A stretch of DNA of 64,000 bases from a virus (lineage: Duplodnaviria > Heunggongvirae > Uroviricota > Caudoviricetes). The stretch spans positions 348,754 through 412,753 of IMG/VR virus record IMGVR_UViG_3300021387_000463, one strand, 5' to 3'. Of this stretch, positions 28,348 to 37,901 are shown in pieces. Position 1 is the first letter of the stretch; every line of letters begins with the position of its first letter. Below the pieces are notes generated by a model. That model had not been told where the DNA came from. It did no database searches and saw only the letters and a list, made by a program, of their open reading frames with translations. A program made the position numbers and the translations under genes.

Positions 28348-28560
28348 ATGGATAATAATAAATCGGCTTATGTTAGTTCTAGTGTTGGAATCCCAGCAGT
28401 AGTTGTTGGTGCTCTAATTGCGCTTAAAAAAGTCGGCATGACAGCTATGACCTACAGTGACATTATTTGGTTTGGTGTTGAGGTGTGACTTGTCTGTGCC
28501 ATTGTTGTTGTGGCCATTTGGCTCATCGTGTGTTGTATTTTAGTTCTATTTGAATCATGA
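28348..28560 (+). pseudogene. Small two-TM membrane protein gene interrupted by an in-frame TGA at 28486
   Basis: MDNNK...WFGVEV*LVCAIVVVAIWLIVCCILVLFES*; the hydrophobic frame continues past the stop and ends in an ATGA overlap with the next gene. Confidence 0.6.
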
Positions 28561-28898
28561 TGAATATATTTTTGAATGCTGCCCCACTTTGGGGAATAGA
28601 GTTTATGGATGCCACTTGGATAACGGTTGCGATTATCCTAATAGTGGTTGGGGAAATTGCAATGGGTGTTTTTGCTGCCATTACTGACGAGAGCCTTGAT
28701 TGTGTATTTTTTGCCTCAATATTATGGGTTTTTGTCTGTATCTTCTGGGGAGCTACACTCTTAGTCCTTGTTGGTATCTTAGCCGTTACTATACCTTTAT
28801 TTGTAGGATACTATGTGCCAAAGTGGATTGCTAAGTATGTGAACCACCTTAAGGAGAAGAAACGAAAAGGGGTGAATAAACTAATGTATAAAGACTAA
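28557..28898 (+). CDS. Small multi-pass membrane protein
   Basis: Three hydrophobic stretches and a basic tail. Confidence 0.75.
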   Translation: MMNIFLNAAPLWGIEFMDATWITVAIILIVVGEIAMGVFAAITDESLDCVFFASILWVFVCIFWGATLLVLVGILAVTIPLFVGYYVPKWIAKYVNHLKEKKRKGVNKLMYKD

Positions 28899-28901
28899 TA
28901 T

Positions 28902-29063
28902 ATGTTATATGCGAGAATTTTTGGCGGTGTATTTGCCATTATATATGTGCTGTACATCTTCCTTTGTTGCCTCGAAATGTGGGGTATCATAAAGTTTACC
29001 AAGAGAGGTGTTGAAATTTCATTTCCAAAGATGATGATTCCGTTCTACTATTTCTTCAAGTAA
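28902..29063 (+). CDS. Small membrane protein, 53 aa (MLYARIFGGVFAIIYVLY...MIPFYYFFK)
   Basis: Translated by hand; fills the gap before the SPFH gene. Confidence 0.65.
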   Translation: MLYARIFGGVFAIIYVLYIFLCCLEMWGIIKFTKRGVEISFPKMMIPFYYFFK

Positions 29064-29096
29064 AAAAGTATTAACAATAAAAAAAATAGAAAAAAA

Positions 29097-30344
29097 ATGA
29101 AGCAAGATTTTCAGAAAATGCCAACAAATGTTTCCAAGAAAGTGATTCTTGGTGTGGTCGCTATTGTTCTTTTAGTCGTAGGCATATATGCCTCTAGTTC
29201 AGCGTTTGAGGACTGTGACCGTTCAGAGATTTACGTGAATCAGTTCCCCCTCACAGGTGAGTTCGCTGTGTGGACTGATGGTGGCGTGCATGGACAGTGG
29301 TGGGGTACTATCCACGAGTATCATAAGACAACTCAAGTTGAGTTCACTGGTGTTGAGAAGAACGATGAGGGTTATGTGGCAAGTGGTAGCAATCCTGGTG
29401 CTGCTGTAACCTTTAATGATAGAGGTCGTGGCTATATCATCGGTTCGCTCCGTGTTGTTCTTCCTACAGACGAGAAACACATGACACGTATTCAGACTGA
29501 CTTCGGTTCTGAGGAGTCGTTGATTGCGACACTGATTAAACCTACACTGTATAAGGTAGTTACCTCATGTGGACCGCTGATGTCATCACTTGAGTCTGTG
29601 TCTGAGACACGTACCGACTTGATTCAGTATATTACTGACCAACTGAATAACGGTGTATACAAGACCAAGAGTACCAAGACTGAGATTACCAATGAGCTGA
29701 CTGGCGAACCAGAGGTTATTACAAAGGCTGAGATTATCTTTGATGCCAAAGCTCCAGGAGGTTATAAGCGTCAGGAGCTTTCACCTTTCTCACAGTACGG
29801 TATCACTTGTAACCTCGTATCAATTACTGACATCAAGTATGATAAGGCTACTCAAGACCAGATTGATGCGCAGAAGCAAGCTAACCTTGCAGTCGTAACC
29901 GCTAAGACCAAATCTCTTGAGGCTATTCAGAAGACAGTCTTGATTACTGAGCAAGGTAAGGCAGAGGCTGAGAAAGCTAAGTGGGAGCAAGAGAAGATTA
30001 AGGCAGTCGAGGTGACTAAGGCACAGCAAGAGTTTGAGGTTGCTAAGTTGGCTGCTGAGACAGCACAGCAAGAGGCACTTCGTATCAAGGCAGAGGGTGA
30101 GGCAGAAGCCGCAGCAGCCGCAGCAAAGGTACGTGCAGGTCTTACTCCAGAACGTGCTGCTGAGATTAAGAAAGAGACCCTTATCGGTATCGCACATGAG
30201 TTTGCAAACGCAAATGTTGACCTCGTTCCTAAGATTATTGTTGGTAATAGTGGTAACGGTGGTTCTGACCCCATGCAGACTGTCGGACTCAACATGCTTA
30301 TGCAAGTGCTTGACCGCATGAATAAGATGGAGTGGAGCAAGTAG
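29097..30344 (+). CDS. SPFH/band-7 (prohibitin-like) membrane protein
   Basis: N-terminal TM, band-7 core, Ala/Glu/Lys coiled coil (AEGEAEA), 'VPKIIVG' tail. Confidence 0.85.
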   Translation: MKQDFQKMPTNVSKKVILGVVAIVLLVVGIYASSSAFEDCDRSEIYVNQFPLTGEFAVWTDGGVHGQWWGTIHEYHKTTQVEFTGVEKNDEGYVASGSNPGAAVTFNDRGRGYIIGSLRVVLPTDEKHMTRIQTDFGSEESLIATLIKPTLYKVVTSCGPLMSSLESVSETRTDLIQYITDQLNNGVYKTKSTKTEITNELTGEPEVITKAEIIFDAKAPGGYKRQELSPFSQYGITCNLVSITDIKYDKATQDQIDAQKQANLAVVTAKTKSLEAIQKTVLITEQGKAEAEKAKWEQEKIKAVEVTKAQQEFEVAKLAAETAQQEALRIKAEGEAEAAAAAAKVRAGLTPERAAEIKKETLIGIAHEFANANVDLVPKIIVGNSGNGGSDPMQTVGLNMLMQVLDRMNKMEWSK

Positions 30345-30388
30345 TCTTTACCTCTTAAATAAATCACAAGTGTGTTTAAGACAAAATA

Positions 30389-30416
30389 AAAGGGTAGGAA
30401 TCCAATCCTACCCTTT
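30389..30416. terminator. Bidirectional terminator
   Basis: AAAGGGTAGGA/TCCTACCCTTT between convergent genes. Confidence 0.75.
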
Positions 30417-30420
30417 CTTA

Positions 30421-31890
30421 TTATGCGTATTTATTATTTAAATCATCCACGATGTCAAAAGAAAGAACGTCATGATGAATAATGCTATTCATACCGTAAG
30501 TGATTCTAACGTCAACGTAATATCTCTGAGGTATGAGAATACTCGTATCTAAGATATAGAAATTCTCTGAGAATGCCTTATTGATGCTGTCCCATTCGAT
30601 TACATCTATTTCTCTAGTCCCATCCCTAACGTAAAGTCTAATATCAATGTTATCAACCAATTGTGTGGTATTTATTGTATAGTTAGGTTTTGCTGAGATA
30701 ATCATCTTTCTTATATCACCACGTTTAATCTGTTCTTTTTCCTTTATACCAGTTATAGAAGGTGTGAAGGTTGTATTGGTCACACTTAAGGAGTTTCCTA
30801 TGTTGAAGAAGTTAGGTGTGTCCTTAAGCACGAAATCAAGTTCTACATCGTCCAATTTTGTTCCTTGGTAGGAGATATTACTCCAAGTGTCATAAAGCAT
30901 CGTATCAGCCTCAAAATCGCCCTTAGAGAGCTTCAAATTAACATAATAGACACCTCTAGTATGCTTTTGTGATTCAAGTTCCATGATAACCTCATCATCA
31001 CCATTCTTAATTGTGACTGTAGGATTGTTATCTAGGTCTTGCAAGGTGTCACCAATCGTACAATATAGATAAAGCTTGTTATTCTTATTTAGAACGAAAT
31101 TAGACCTATCATCAAGTATCACATCAGAGTATCTTGTCTCTACGAATGGCTCAAAGAATGTATTGGTCTTATCTGTAAGGAAACCGATGTAGTTCTCATA
31201 TTCACTGTCTGAAACCTCAAGCAGTGGAGAATATGCCATTGCAATACCATAGTTCTCAAGTTCACCAGTTAGGAACTTATTAAAGGTGTCTGTAATGTCT
31301 ATGCTGATATTCTCATTACCAACATCGAAATGTTGTCTGCATATAATTATTGAATCCTCATTGGCAGAGAATTTGTCATATTCCTTTGAAAGTGTATCGT
31401 TTGTATAGATACCTTCCTCATCCCAAGGTAATCCGTTCATTCTCTGGAACCAATTGCTACCATCTGTAGAAATCAATCTGTTAGGGTCAACTACAGTTCT
31501 TGAATAGAAGTCGGCATTGAAATAGCTTCTTGAGTAATCGAATCCCTTTCCTCTATCCCAAGGCTTTGGTATCAAGAAGAATATGATGTCAAATGAAGTT
31601 GCACGTATTTTCTTATTGTCATTAATAGAGCTAGTTTCCTTTTGGTGTAACTGTGTGAAGTCAATTGAACCAGCGTTGGTTATGTGCAATACATGCTTCA
31701 TCTTTGACATATTAGGCATAATACCGTCATCCATGAGCTTCTTAACTTGAGTGTGGTCAAAGTATAATAAAGCCCTAGACACGATGTTATCATGTCCATA
31801 AACAAGCTCAGATATTGGATTAATACCAGTGTTTAGCTTACTATTGCTTATAATGGTATTAAACTTTGATATGTATGTTTTATAAACCAT
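30421..31890 (-). CDS. Probable virion structural protein (beta-rich, Ig-like C-terminal domains)
   Basis: 489 aa; 'SRALLYFD', 'WDRGKGFDY'; late-promoter operon. Confidence 0.6.
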   Translation of the reverse strand: MVYKTYISKFNTIISNSKLNTGINPISELVYGHDNIVSRALLYFDHTQVKKLMDDGIMPNMSKMKHVLHITNAGSIDFTQLHQKETSSINDNKKIRATSFDIIFFLIPKPWDRGKGFDYSRSYFNADFYSRTVVDPNRLISTDGSNWFQRMNGLPWDEEGIYTNDTLSKEYDKFSANEDSIIICRQHFDVGNENISIDITDTFNKFLTGELENYGIAMAYSPLLEVSDSEYENYIGFLTDKTNTFFEPFVETRYSDVILDDRSNFVLNKNNKLYLYCTIGDTLQDLDNNPTVTIKNGDDEVIMELESQKHTRGVYYVNLKLSKGDFEADTMLYDTWSNISYQGTKLDDVELDFVLKDTPNFFNIGNSLSVTNTTFTPSITGIKEKEQIKRGDIRKMIISAKPNYTINTTQLVDNIDIRLYVRDGTREIDVIEWDSINKAFSENFYILDTSILIPQRYYVDVRITYGMNSIIHHDVLSFDIVDDLNNKYA

Positions 31891-31895
31891 TTTAT

Positions 31896-33218
31896 TTAAT
31901 TTTCGTCATAATTTATCATTATATCTTCCTCATCAATTGGTTCATCCAAAGATGACTCTGCGATATTTGTCTTGTCAAATGTAACATTAGGGTCATAACC
32001 AATCAAATATAGTTCTGATTCAGCATGAAGGTCATCTCTAGTGATTCTAACTGTTATTTTATCATCCTTGTAGAATTTGACATCACTGTCTAAATTCATA
32101 AGTTCATCATTGACAAGAAGCTTGAAGTCATATACATTGCTTGTTTCGATTGTCTCAAGTACCATATCCTTATCGATTACGAATGACAATTCAGTTGTGC
32201 AGCCATCGAATTTCATCATTACCTTCATAATTTTGTGATAGTACTTATCTGTTTTCTCACAGCAGTTATCACTATCATCCAAAATCTCAAGTATGATATT
32301 AGGCTTATCCTTATCATCGATTGGAATTACCTCGCAATGGTCATCTTTAGCCAATGTTTCAGCCTTAATTCTCTCGTATGCCTCTGGGTTGTCATCGAAT
32401 CCTTCCATGAATACTACCTTCTCATCCTCTCTTCTGTTTCTACCCTTTCTAGTGACAATACCGCTTGCATCTGAATCATGAGAAGATATTACAAATCTTG
32501 AAGGTATTCTCTCAACGCTATAGTCTTCCTTACGGATTATATAACCTCTAACCTTAATCTTGAACGTCTGTGAATAATATTTACGGTCATTAATCGTATA
32601 TTCTGATTCATCAGATATATCATCAAGGGTCATTGACATTGGATGGTCGTTAGGTGAAAGATAACAGTTAATAGCACTGAATTCGTATTGCATTAACTCA
32701 TTCATCTTATTGACAATCTCCATTTTATTTGATATGATTGCAACTGAATAAAGGAAGTTAACAGCAAATGGCTGTTTCATTGTATATTTGTCATATGCCT
32801 CAGTACCATTCTCTTGTAATACTGGAACATAGAACATTGCGAAGTCCTTATGACCTGGAATATTGAAGTAATTTCCTTGACTCTCACCCTTCTGTGGATT
32901 AAGCTCACGTGTCACGGTCTTGAAGTTGATGATTGGGTTACCAGTGTCATCTTGCTTATCCCATGTCTGTAAGTATTCACTTAATCTCTGTGTGCTATAC
33001 AATTTATACGTTGGCAGTCTCTTACCGTCATAAGTGATTCTAATGCGCTCATCAACCCATTTGTACATAGCCTCATCTATGTCTGAGTATTCAATTGGTT
33101 TTGGTAATGGCGTACCGTTTTCCAATATCATCTTAGACATGTTTCTACGTCTTTCAATGCCATAGGCATGATGACGCAGCTTGAGCTTATCCATATATGG
33201 TTTTGGTTGTATTAACAT
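31896..33218 (-). CDS. Tail completion / sheath terminator (T4 gp15-like) protein
   Basis: 'DIDEAMYKWV...PFAVNFLYSVAII...QTFKIKVRGYI' pattern; late promoter upstream. Confidence 0.5.
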   Translation of the reverse strand: MLIQPKPYMDKLKLRHHAYGIERRRNMSKMILENGTPLPKPIEYSDIDEAMYKWVDERIRITYDGKRLPTYKLYSTQRLSEYLQTWDKQDDTGNPIINFKTVTRELNPQKGESQGNYFNIPGHKDFAMFYVPVLQENGTEAYDKYTMKQPFAVNFLYSVAIISNKMEIVNKMNELMQYEFSAINCYLSPNDHPMSMTLDDISDESEYTINDRKYYSQTFKIKVRGYIIRKEDYSVERIPSRFVISSHDSDASGIVTRKGRNRREDEKVVFMEGFDDNPEAYERIKAETLAKDDHCEVIPIDDKDKPNIILEILDDSDNCCEKTDKYYHKIMKVMMKFDGCTTELSFVIDKDMVLETIETSNVYDFKLLVNDELMNLDSDVKFYKDDKITVRITRDDLHAESELYLIGYDPNVTFDKTNIAESSLDEPIDEEDIMINYDEN

Positions 33219-33230
33219 ATGTTATTATTT

Positions 33231-33265
33231 TATTTATAAATATTTGATTGATACTAATATTTATA
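33231..33265. promoter_or_regulatory. Divergent pair of late promoter motifs
   Basis: TATAAATA at 33235 (minus-sense) and TATTTATA at 33258 (plus-sense). Confidence 0.6.
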
Positions 33266-33286
33266 GGAAATAATGAATTAAGAAAT

Positions 33287-33673
33287 ATGCAGTATTTTTA
33301 CATAAAACAAGGTAGTACACTACCAACACTAAGAATGGAACTAATTGAAGATGGAAGACATGATTTCCATAAGTTTCATGAATGCATTCAAGCTGCTGAC
33401 ATTACATTTACAATGGTGAACATCGACACCAATGTAACAAAGGTGGCTAAGAACAAGGCTTACATAAAGTTACGTGAAAATGATGATTGCACGGAACAAT
33501 ACGTCATATGCTATGATTGGAAAGCGCATGACACCAAGGAAGCTGGTTCTTATAAGGGGACTTTTGAAATTACATTTAATGGAAACATTAAGAATGATTC
33601 ATACACATACCCAAGTGGTATATTGAATATGCCAATAAGAGAGGAGTTATTAATTACGATTTTGCCAAAATAA
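33287..33673 (+). CDS. BppU-N-like Ig-fold structural protein
   Basis: 'FYIKQGSTLPTL...YDWKAHDTKEAGSYKGTFEI'; start moved to the ATG at 33287. Confidence 0.6.
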   Translation: MQYFYIKQGSTLPTLRMELIEDGRHDFHKFHECIQAADITFTMVNIDTNVTKVAKNKAYIKLRENDDCTEQYVICYDWKAHDTKEAGSYKGTFEITFNGNIKNDSYTYPSGILNMPIREELLITILPK

Positions 33674-33700
33674 AAGGAGAGAACCTATTTCCCTCCTTTT
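33672..33700. terminator. Bidirectional terminator
   Basis: AAAAGGAG...CTCCTTTT at the convergent junction. Confidence 0.55.
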
Positions 33701-33951
33701 TCTTTTAATATTTCATCAAATTTTTTCTTTTCTTCATCGGTGCATAAATCATAAAATTTTTGATAGTTTATTTGCAAATCATAATTCTTATCATCCACAT
33801 CCTTTAATTTATGGAACATACCGCCATAAAGAGCAGAGAATTGATAATAACCTTTTTTGGTGATTCCTTTTACTATTCCAATGTCGCTATTTTCAAAACT
33901 ATTTTTTCTATTGATTATATAATCACCTTTTGCAAATTTTGACTCAATCAT
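33685..33951 (-). CDS. Hypothetical protein
   Basis: 88 aa; 'KFAKGDYII'. Confidence 0.65.
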   Translation of the reverse strand: MIESKFAKGDYIINRKNSFENSDIGIVKGITKKGYYQFSALYGGMFHKLKDVDDKNYDLQINYQKFYDLCTDEEKKKFDEILKEKGGK

Positions 33952-33952
33952 A

Positions 33953-34348
33953 TTAATTTAACATTAGTACATTCTTTATTGCTAGTTTGCGTTCCACTTC
34001 ATCAAGTGTCTCACCAAACCTAAAAAACAATCTTCCATCTTCTGGGTATTCTGAGTATGAATCAGTGTTTTCCCATGCTAGAGCAATTATTCCATCTGTG
34101 CAATCTTGGAAGCCAAAACAGCAGTTATTTTGTATAAGGTCTAATTTAATTTTCATTTTAACGATATGAATCTCATATACATATTCTTCATTTGGTTGTA
34201 AGCCATTAACAAGACACGCTGGTTTGTATTCAAAATTTTCTCCCCAGAATTCATCAATGTTGTTGGTGAATATAAATTCATATCTATAGTAGCCATCAGT
34301 CTCTTCCCCAATTAGTCTAATAAATCCTAGTTTTACTTCTTCTTCCAT
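33953..34348 (-). CDS. Hypothetical phage protein
   Basis: ORF track 33953..34423; likely start MEEEVKL at 34348. Confidence 0.7.
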   Translation of the reverse strand: MEEEVKLGFIRLIGEETDGYYRYEFIFTNNIDEFWGENFEYKPACLVNGLQPNEEYVYEIHIVKMKIKLDLIQNNCCFGFQDCTDGIIALAWENTDSYSEYPEDGRLFFRFGETLDEVERKLAIKNVLMLN

Positions 34349-34361
34349 AACAATTAATGGT

Positions 34362-34505
34362 TTATTGCTTATTATTTTCTCTTCTTTTAGTGGCATCACG
34401 AAACATGGACTTATAGCCCTCATAGTCCCTAGGTAATGTATCTATCTCCCATAAACTTAGAAGACCCTTGATGCCATTGTTGTAAATTCCTTTATCAATA
34501 GACAT
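34362..34505 (-). CDS. Small ORF, 47 aa (MSIDKGIYNNGIKGLLSLWE...)
   Basis: Translated by hand; fills the gap directly after the helicase stop. Confidence 0.5.
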   Translation of the reverse strand: MSIDKGIYNNGIKGLLSLWEIDTLPRDYEGYKSMFRDATKRRENNKQ

Positions 34506-34506
34506 G

Positions 34507-36468
34507 TTATTTGTTGTTTTCGCTGACAATGATATTGTCGATTATTTCTTGTTTTCCCCTAACTTTATCAAACATTTCCTTATAAAAAGTATCAGCAAAT
34601 ACTTGATAATAAATAGTTACGTCATTTTTTTGATTCAATCTGTGAATTCTGTCCTCTGCTTGTAGGTTATCACCACTAACCCAACTGAAGCTGTTGAAGA
34701 TTGCCACACGAGAAGCAACAAGTGTAAGTCCAACTCCAGCGGATTGTATATTTCCTATAAATACTTTCACATTTGGGTTATTCTGGAATTCTTCAACCGA
34801 TTTATCTTTCTTTTTTATGGTCATCTTACCATTATGAACAACACAGATGTCCTTAAATGCCTCCTTAATGGCATTAAGTTCCTCATCAAATGAGCAGAAG
34901 ATAACAACCTTATGTCCCAAGTTAATACATTTTCTTGCAAGACTGATGGTTTTACTTGTCATAGAGTTAGCAAGCCACTGACGCATTATAATGCCCTCAG
35001 TAATCTTCTTATATTTCTCCATGTCCTCCTTATTTTTACCATCCTTCGCTTGAATATACTCATCCCAGACTCTTTCATAACTCTCTCTTTCCTTTTCAGT
35101 TAACTTATAATTCAAAACCTTAACAGTTTTCTTAACAATCTTACCAAAGTCGCTCTTCAACCTTCTAATGTAATAAGGCTTTATGATTTCTTGCAACTCA
35201 TCTAGGTTTGAAGAACCGTCTGTTACCCATATCTTCTTCAATCTCTTCTCAAGAACCTTATCCAATTCCTCTTTCTCATCAGAAGTTAAGTCATACCATG
35301 TTTTCTTATCCCTCTCCTTACAGAATAGATACGTAATGGCATCACGCTCTTTCTTATTGTAGAAGCTCTTTCCATCACAATACCTCTCAACGTAGTATTT
35401 CCAATCGTCTGCAAGAGGACAACCGATAATCTTAAGGATATTGAAGAAGTTGATTGGCCGATTGGTGATTGGAGTACCAGTTATGGCGTATATACCCTTT
35501 GGGTTGCTTCTTTTAACCAAGTCAGACACAATCTTGAATATGCCACTAGTGGTATTAGACAATCTGTGTGCCTCATCAATTATCACCAAGTCGAAGTTTG
35601 ATTGGAATAGTTGGCTGTTATCCATAGCTTCCTTGATAACCTTGTGCTTTCGAGATATTTTTTCTTTCTCCTTAGTCACCTTAGTAAGTTTTCCATCCTC
35701 ATACTCAAGTGTGGTGGATTTAACAGTCTCAGTTGGTATCTCATAGAAGTTCTTCAATATATCATAGTTGATAATGGTAAATTTGTTCTCCTTCCACTTG
35801 CTACCTTCCACAATGGTTATCTCATCCTCAGATACGAGATTTTTCAATTCCTTGAACCATGTCAACTTAACTGAAGCTGGAGAAATAATCAATACCTTCT
35901 CGTATTTGTCTTCAAGAGCTGCCACAATTGCAGCTAGGGTCTTACCACTACCCATTTCGCTTGCGAGAATGCCCTTTTTACGGCTTGTGAGGAACTTTAC
36001 AGCCTCTTCTTGGTAAGGATAAAGGTTGAATCCAATTCGCTCGTTGTAGGCGCTAAAATCTATTAATTTATTCTCCCAAGGCTCACTCAAGAAATCAGTC
36101 AATATTGCTTTCTTTGGGGTAAATAACTCCACAGCTTTTTCTTGTGACCTCCTATAGATTGCATAGAAGTGGTACAAGTTATCCATTTCTCCCAAGAACC
36201 ATGTTATCTTAAGCACCTTTGGTACGAAATCAAGATTCAAGTTGCTGTGCAATGATTCGCCATACCAATCAGCAATCTTGACAATCTTGTTTATCTTCTT
36301 TGGCTCTCTATCACAATTTGACAAAACATATTCTGCCTCAAAATCATTCAATGTTCTCGTCTGGTAGGCGATTACAGTGTTCTTGAGTTTAATTATATAA
36401 GAATTATTACCTTTATAACTCTTAAGTAATTCATATGCCTTTTCAATTTTTGCTAGAGATAATGCCAT
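34507..36468 (-). CDS. SNF2-family (HARP/SMARCAL1-like) helicase
   Basis: YPYQ, EMGSGKT, IIDEAH, TGTPITN, AGVGLTL, QAEDRIHR. Confidence 0.92.
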   Translation of the reverse strand: MALSLAKIEKAYELLKSYKGNNSYIIKLKNTVIAYQTRTLNDFEAEYVLSNCDREPKKINKIVKIADWYGESLHSNLNLDFVPKVLKITWFLGEMDNLYHFYAIYRRSQEKAVELFTPKKAILTDFLSEPWENKLIDFSAYNERIGFNLYPYQEEAVKFLTSRKKGILASEMGSGKTLAAIVAALEDKYEKVLIISPASVKLTWFKELKNLVSEDEITIVEGSKWKENKFTIINYDILKNFYEIPTETVKSTTLEYEDGKLTKVTKEKEKISRKHKVIKEAMDNSQLFQSNFDLVIIDEAHRLSNTTSGIFKIVSDLVKRSNPKGIYAITGTPITNRPINFFNILKIIGCPLADDWKYYVERYCDGKSFYNKKERDAITYLFCKERDKKTWYDLTSDEKEELDKVLEKRLKKIWVTDGSSNLDELQEIIKPYYIRRLKSDFGKIVKKTVKVLNYKLTEKERESYERVWDEYIQAKDGKNKEDMEKYKKITEGIIMRQWLANSMTSKTISLARKCINLGHKVVIFCSFDEELNAIKEAFKDICVVHNGKMTIKKKDKSVEEFQNNPNVKVFIGNIQSAGVGLTLVASRVAIFNSFSWVSGDNLQAEDRIHRLNQKNDVTIYYQVFADTFYKEMFDKVRGKQEIIDNIIVSENNK

Positions 36469-36544
36469 ATTTTTATATTTTATCTTTGATAAAATATAAA
36501 AATATTTTTGAAAAAATCAAGTGCTTTAAATGAAAAAATGTAAA

Positions 36545-36552
36545 TATTTATA
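36545..36552 (+). promoter_or_regulatory. Putative late promoter TATTTATA
   Basis: 20 nt upstream of the kinase ATG. Confidence 0.65.
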
Positions 36553-36572
36553 AGAAATATTGATATTTAACG

Positions 36573-37322
36573 ATGAAATTAATTAAAATAAACGAATCTC
36601 AGCAAAAAAGACTGTTCGAAGCGTATCAAGAGGGATTTTCGTTTGACCATTTATCCATATTAGGTAACGATGCTTTTTCTGATGAGGAATCTAGCAGCAA
36701 ACTACAGTTCGAATATTGTAGGAAGTGGCTAGGAGAACCAGTTGCGCAAGGTTCTTCTAGATGTATCTTTATGTTGAGTGACAATCTTGTTTTGAAGATT
36801 GCAAATGGCAAGTATGAAGCTGGCAAGGCTCAGAATCGTCTTGAGTGTCAACTATATGAGGAAACAAAATCACCATTGTTGGTTAGAATATTCGGAAACG
36901 ATGATAATTATACGTATATAATCTGTGAAAATGTAATTCCAGCACAGCCAATAGACTTTGAAAAGATTATCGACATACCATTCTATAATAGGTACTATAA
37001 CCAGAGGAATTCTGAATACAGTCAATATTTCGAGAATCCAAGGGCTAATTATGAGAAAGTACCATATGATGTGTATGACATAGTATGCTATCTTGAGGCC
37101 AACTATTCCGTTGGAGAAGGATATTACAGCAAGGATATAGAAATGTATCTTAGAAAGAATCCTTGGTTGAAGAAGCTTGAGGAATTTATAATGAACACAC
37201 AGATTGGCGATTTAACTAAACCTGAGAATTACGGAGTTGTAAATAGAGACGGAAATCCAATGATTGTGGTTCTTGACGCAGGAATGAATTTAGAAAATTG
37301 GGAGGGATATTATCGTGGCTAA
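36573..37322 (+). CDS. Protein-kinase-like enzyme with the shared N-terminal leader
   Basis: Gly loop AQGSSR, VLKIA lysine, QNRLE alphaC glutamate, catalytic loop DLTKPEN, DAG at the DFG position. Confidence 0.8.
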   Translation: MKLIKINESQQKRLFEAYQEGFSFDHLSILGNDAFSDEESSSKLQFEYCRKWLGEPVAQGSSRCIFMLSDNLVLKIANGKYEAGKAQNRLECQLYEETKSPLLVRIFGNDDNYTYIICENVIPAQPIDFEKIIDIPFYNRYYNQRNSEYSQYFENPRANYEKVPYDVYDIVCYLEANYSVGEGYYSKDIEMYLRKNPWLKKLEEFIMNTQIGDLTKPENYGVVNRDGNPMIVVLDAGMNLENWEGYYRG

Positions 37323-37857
37323 TTTAAAGTTTAATACAAATAACATAAGACGTGTTCCGATTAACAGAAACAGTCTATTCTACGATGCAGAAACATTTGC
37401 ATTGGAGAGGGAGATAGGTAAGGACTATATCGAGCAAGATATTGGTCAAACTGTCGTATTATATCAAGTTGATGCATCACAAACACAGACTGATGCAGTA
37501 TATGGTGAGTCATCTTCAGATGAGGTTGCATTCAAGACACCAGTTGAAATACCATGTACATATAAGATTGAGGAACCAGAGTTGAAGTCATATGACAAGT
37601 CAAAGCAACTTGGTACTTATATGAAGACTGGTAAGCTCACCATTGGTGTATACCAAGAGACTCTTGTTGAACTTAACGTTGATATTAAGAAGGGTGATTA
37701 TATTGGTGTGCAAATATCTCCAGAACACATGGAGTTCTTCGTAGTCAATAATGACGGTAAGAACAACTATGATAATGCTCATTCACTATGGGGTACTGTT
37801 CCATTGTATAGAACAATACAATGTTCTCCAGTTGATACTAGTGAGTTTAAGGCTTGA
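37315..37857 (+). CDS. Neck/head-closure protein (T4 gp14-like)
   Basis: 'IGQTVVLYQVD...DAVYGE...FKTPVEI...DIKKGDYI'. Confidence 0.55.
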   Translation: MANLKFNTNNIRRVPINRNSLFYDAETFALEREIGKDYIEQDIGQTVVLYQVDASQTQTDAVYGESSSDEVAFKTPVEIPCTYKIEEPELKSYDKSKQLGTYMKTGKLTIGVYQETLVELNVDIKKGDYIGVQISPEHMEFFVVNNDGKNNYDNAHSLWGTVPLYRTIQCSPVDTSEFKA

Positions 37858-37860
37858 AAG

Positions 37861-37900
37861 AAAGAATGGAGACAGAACAAATCTGTCTCCATTTCTTTTT
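37861..37900. terminator. Bidirectional terminator
   Basis: AATGGAGACAGA/TCTGTCTCCATT flanked by A and T runs. Confidence 0.8.
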
Positions 37901-37901
37901 A

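Noticed and set aside
29820-30367. Long antisense ORFs (161 and 146 aa) over the SPFH gene, and similar shadow ORFs elsewhere (e.g. 49852-50412)
   Set aside because: They are shadow frames produced by codon bias and repetitive coiled-coil coding, with no promoters or protein-like composition.
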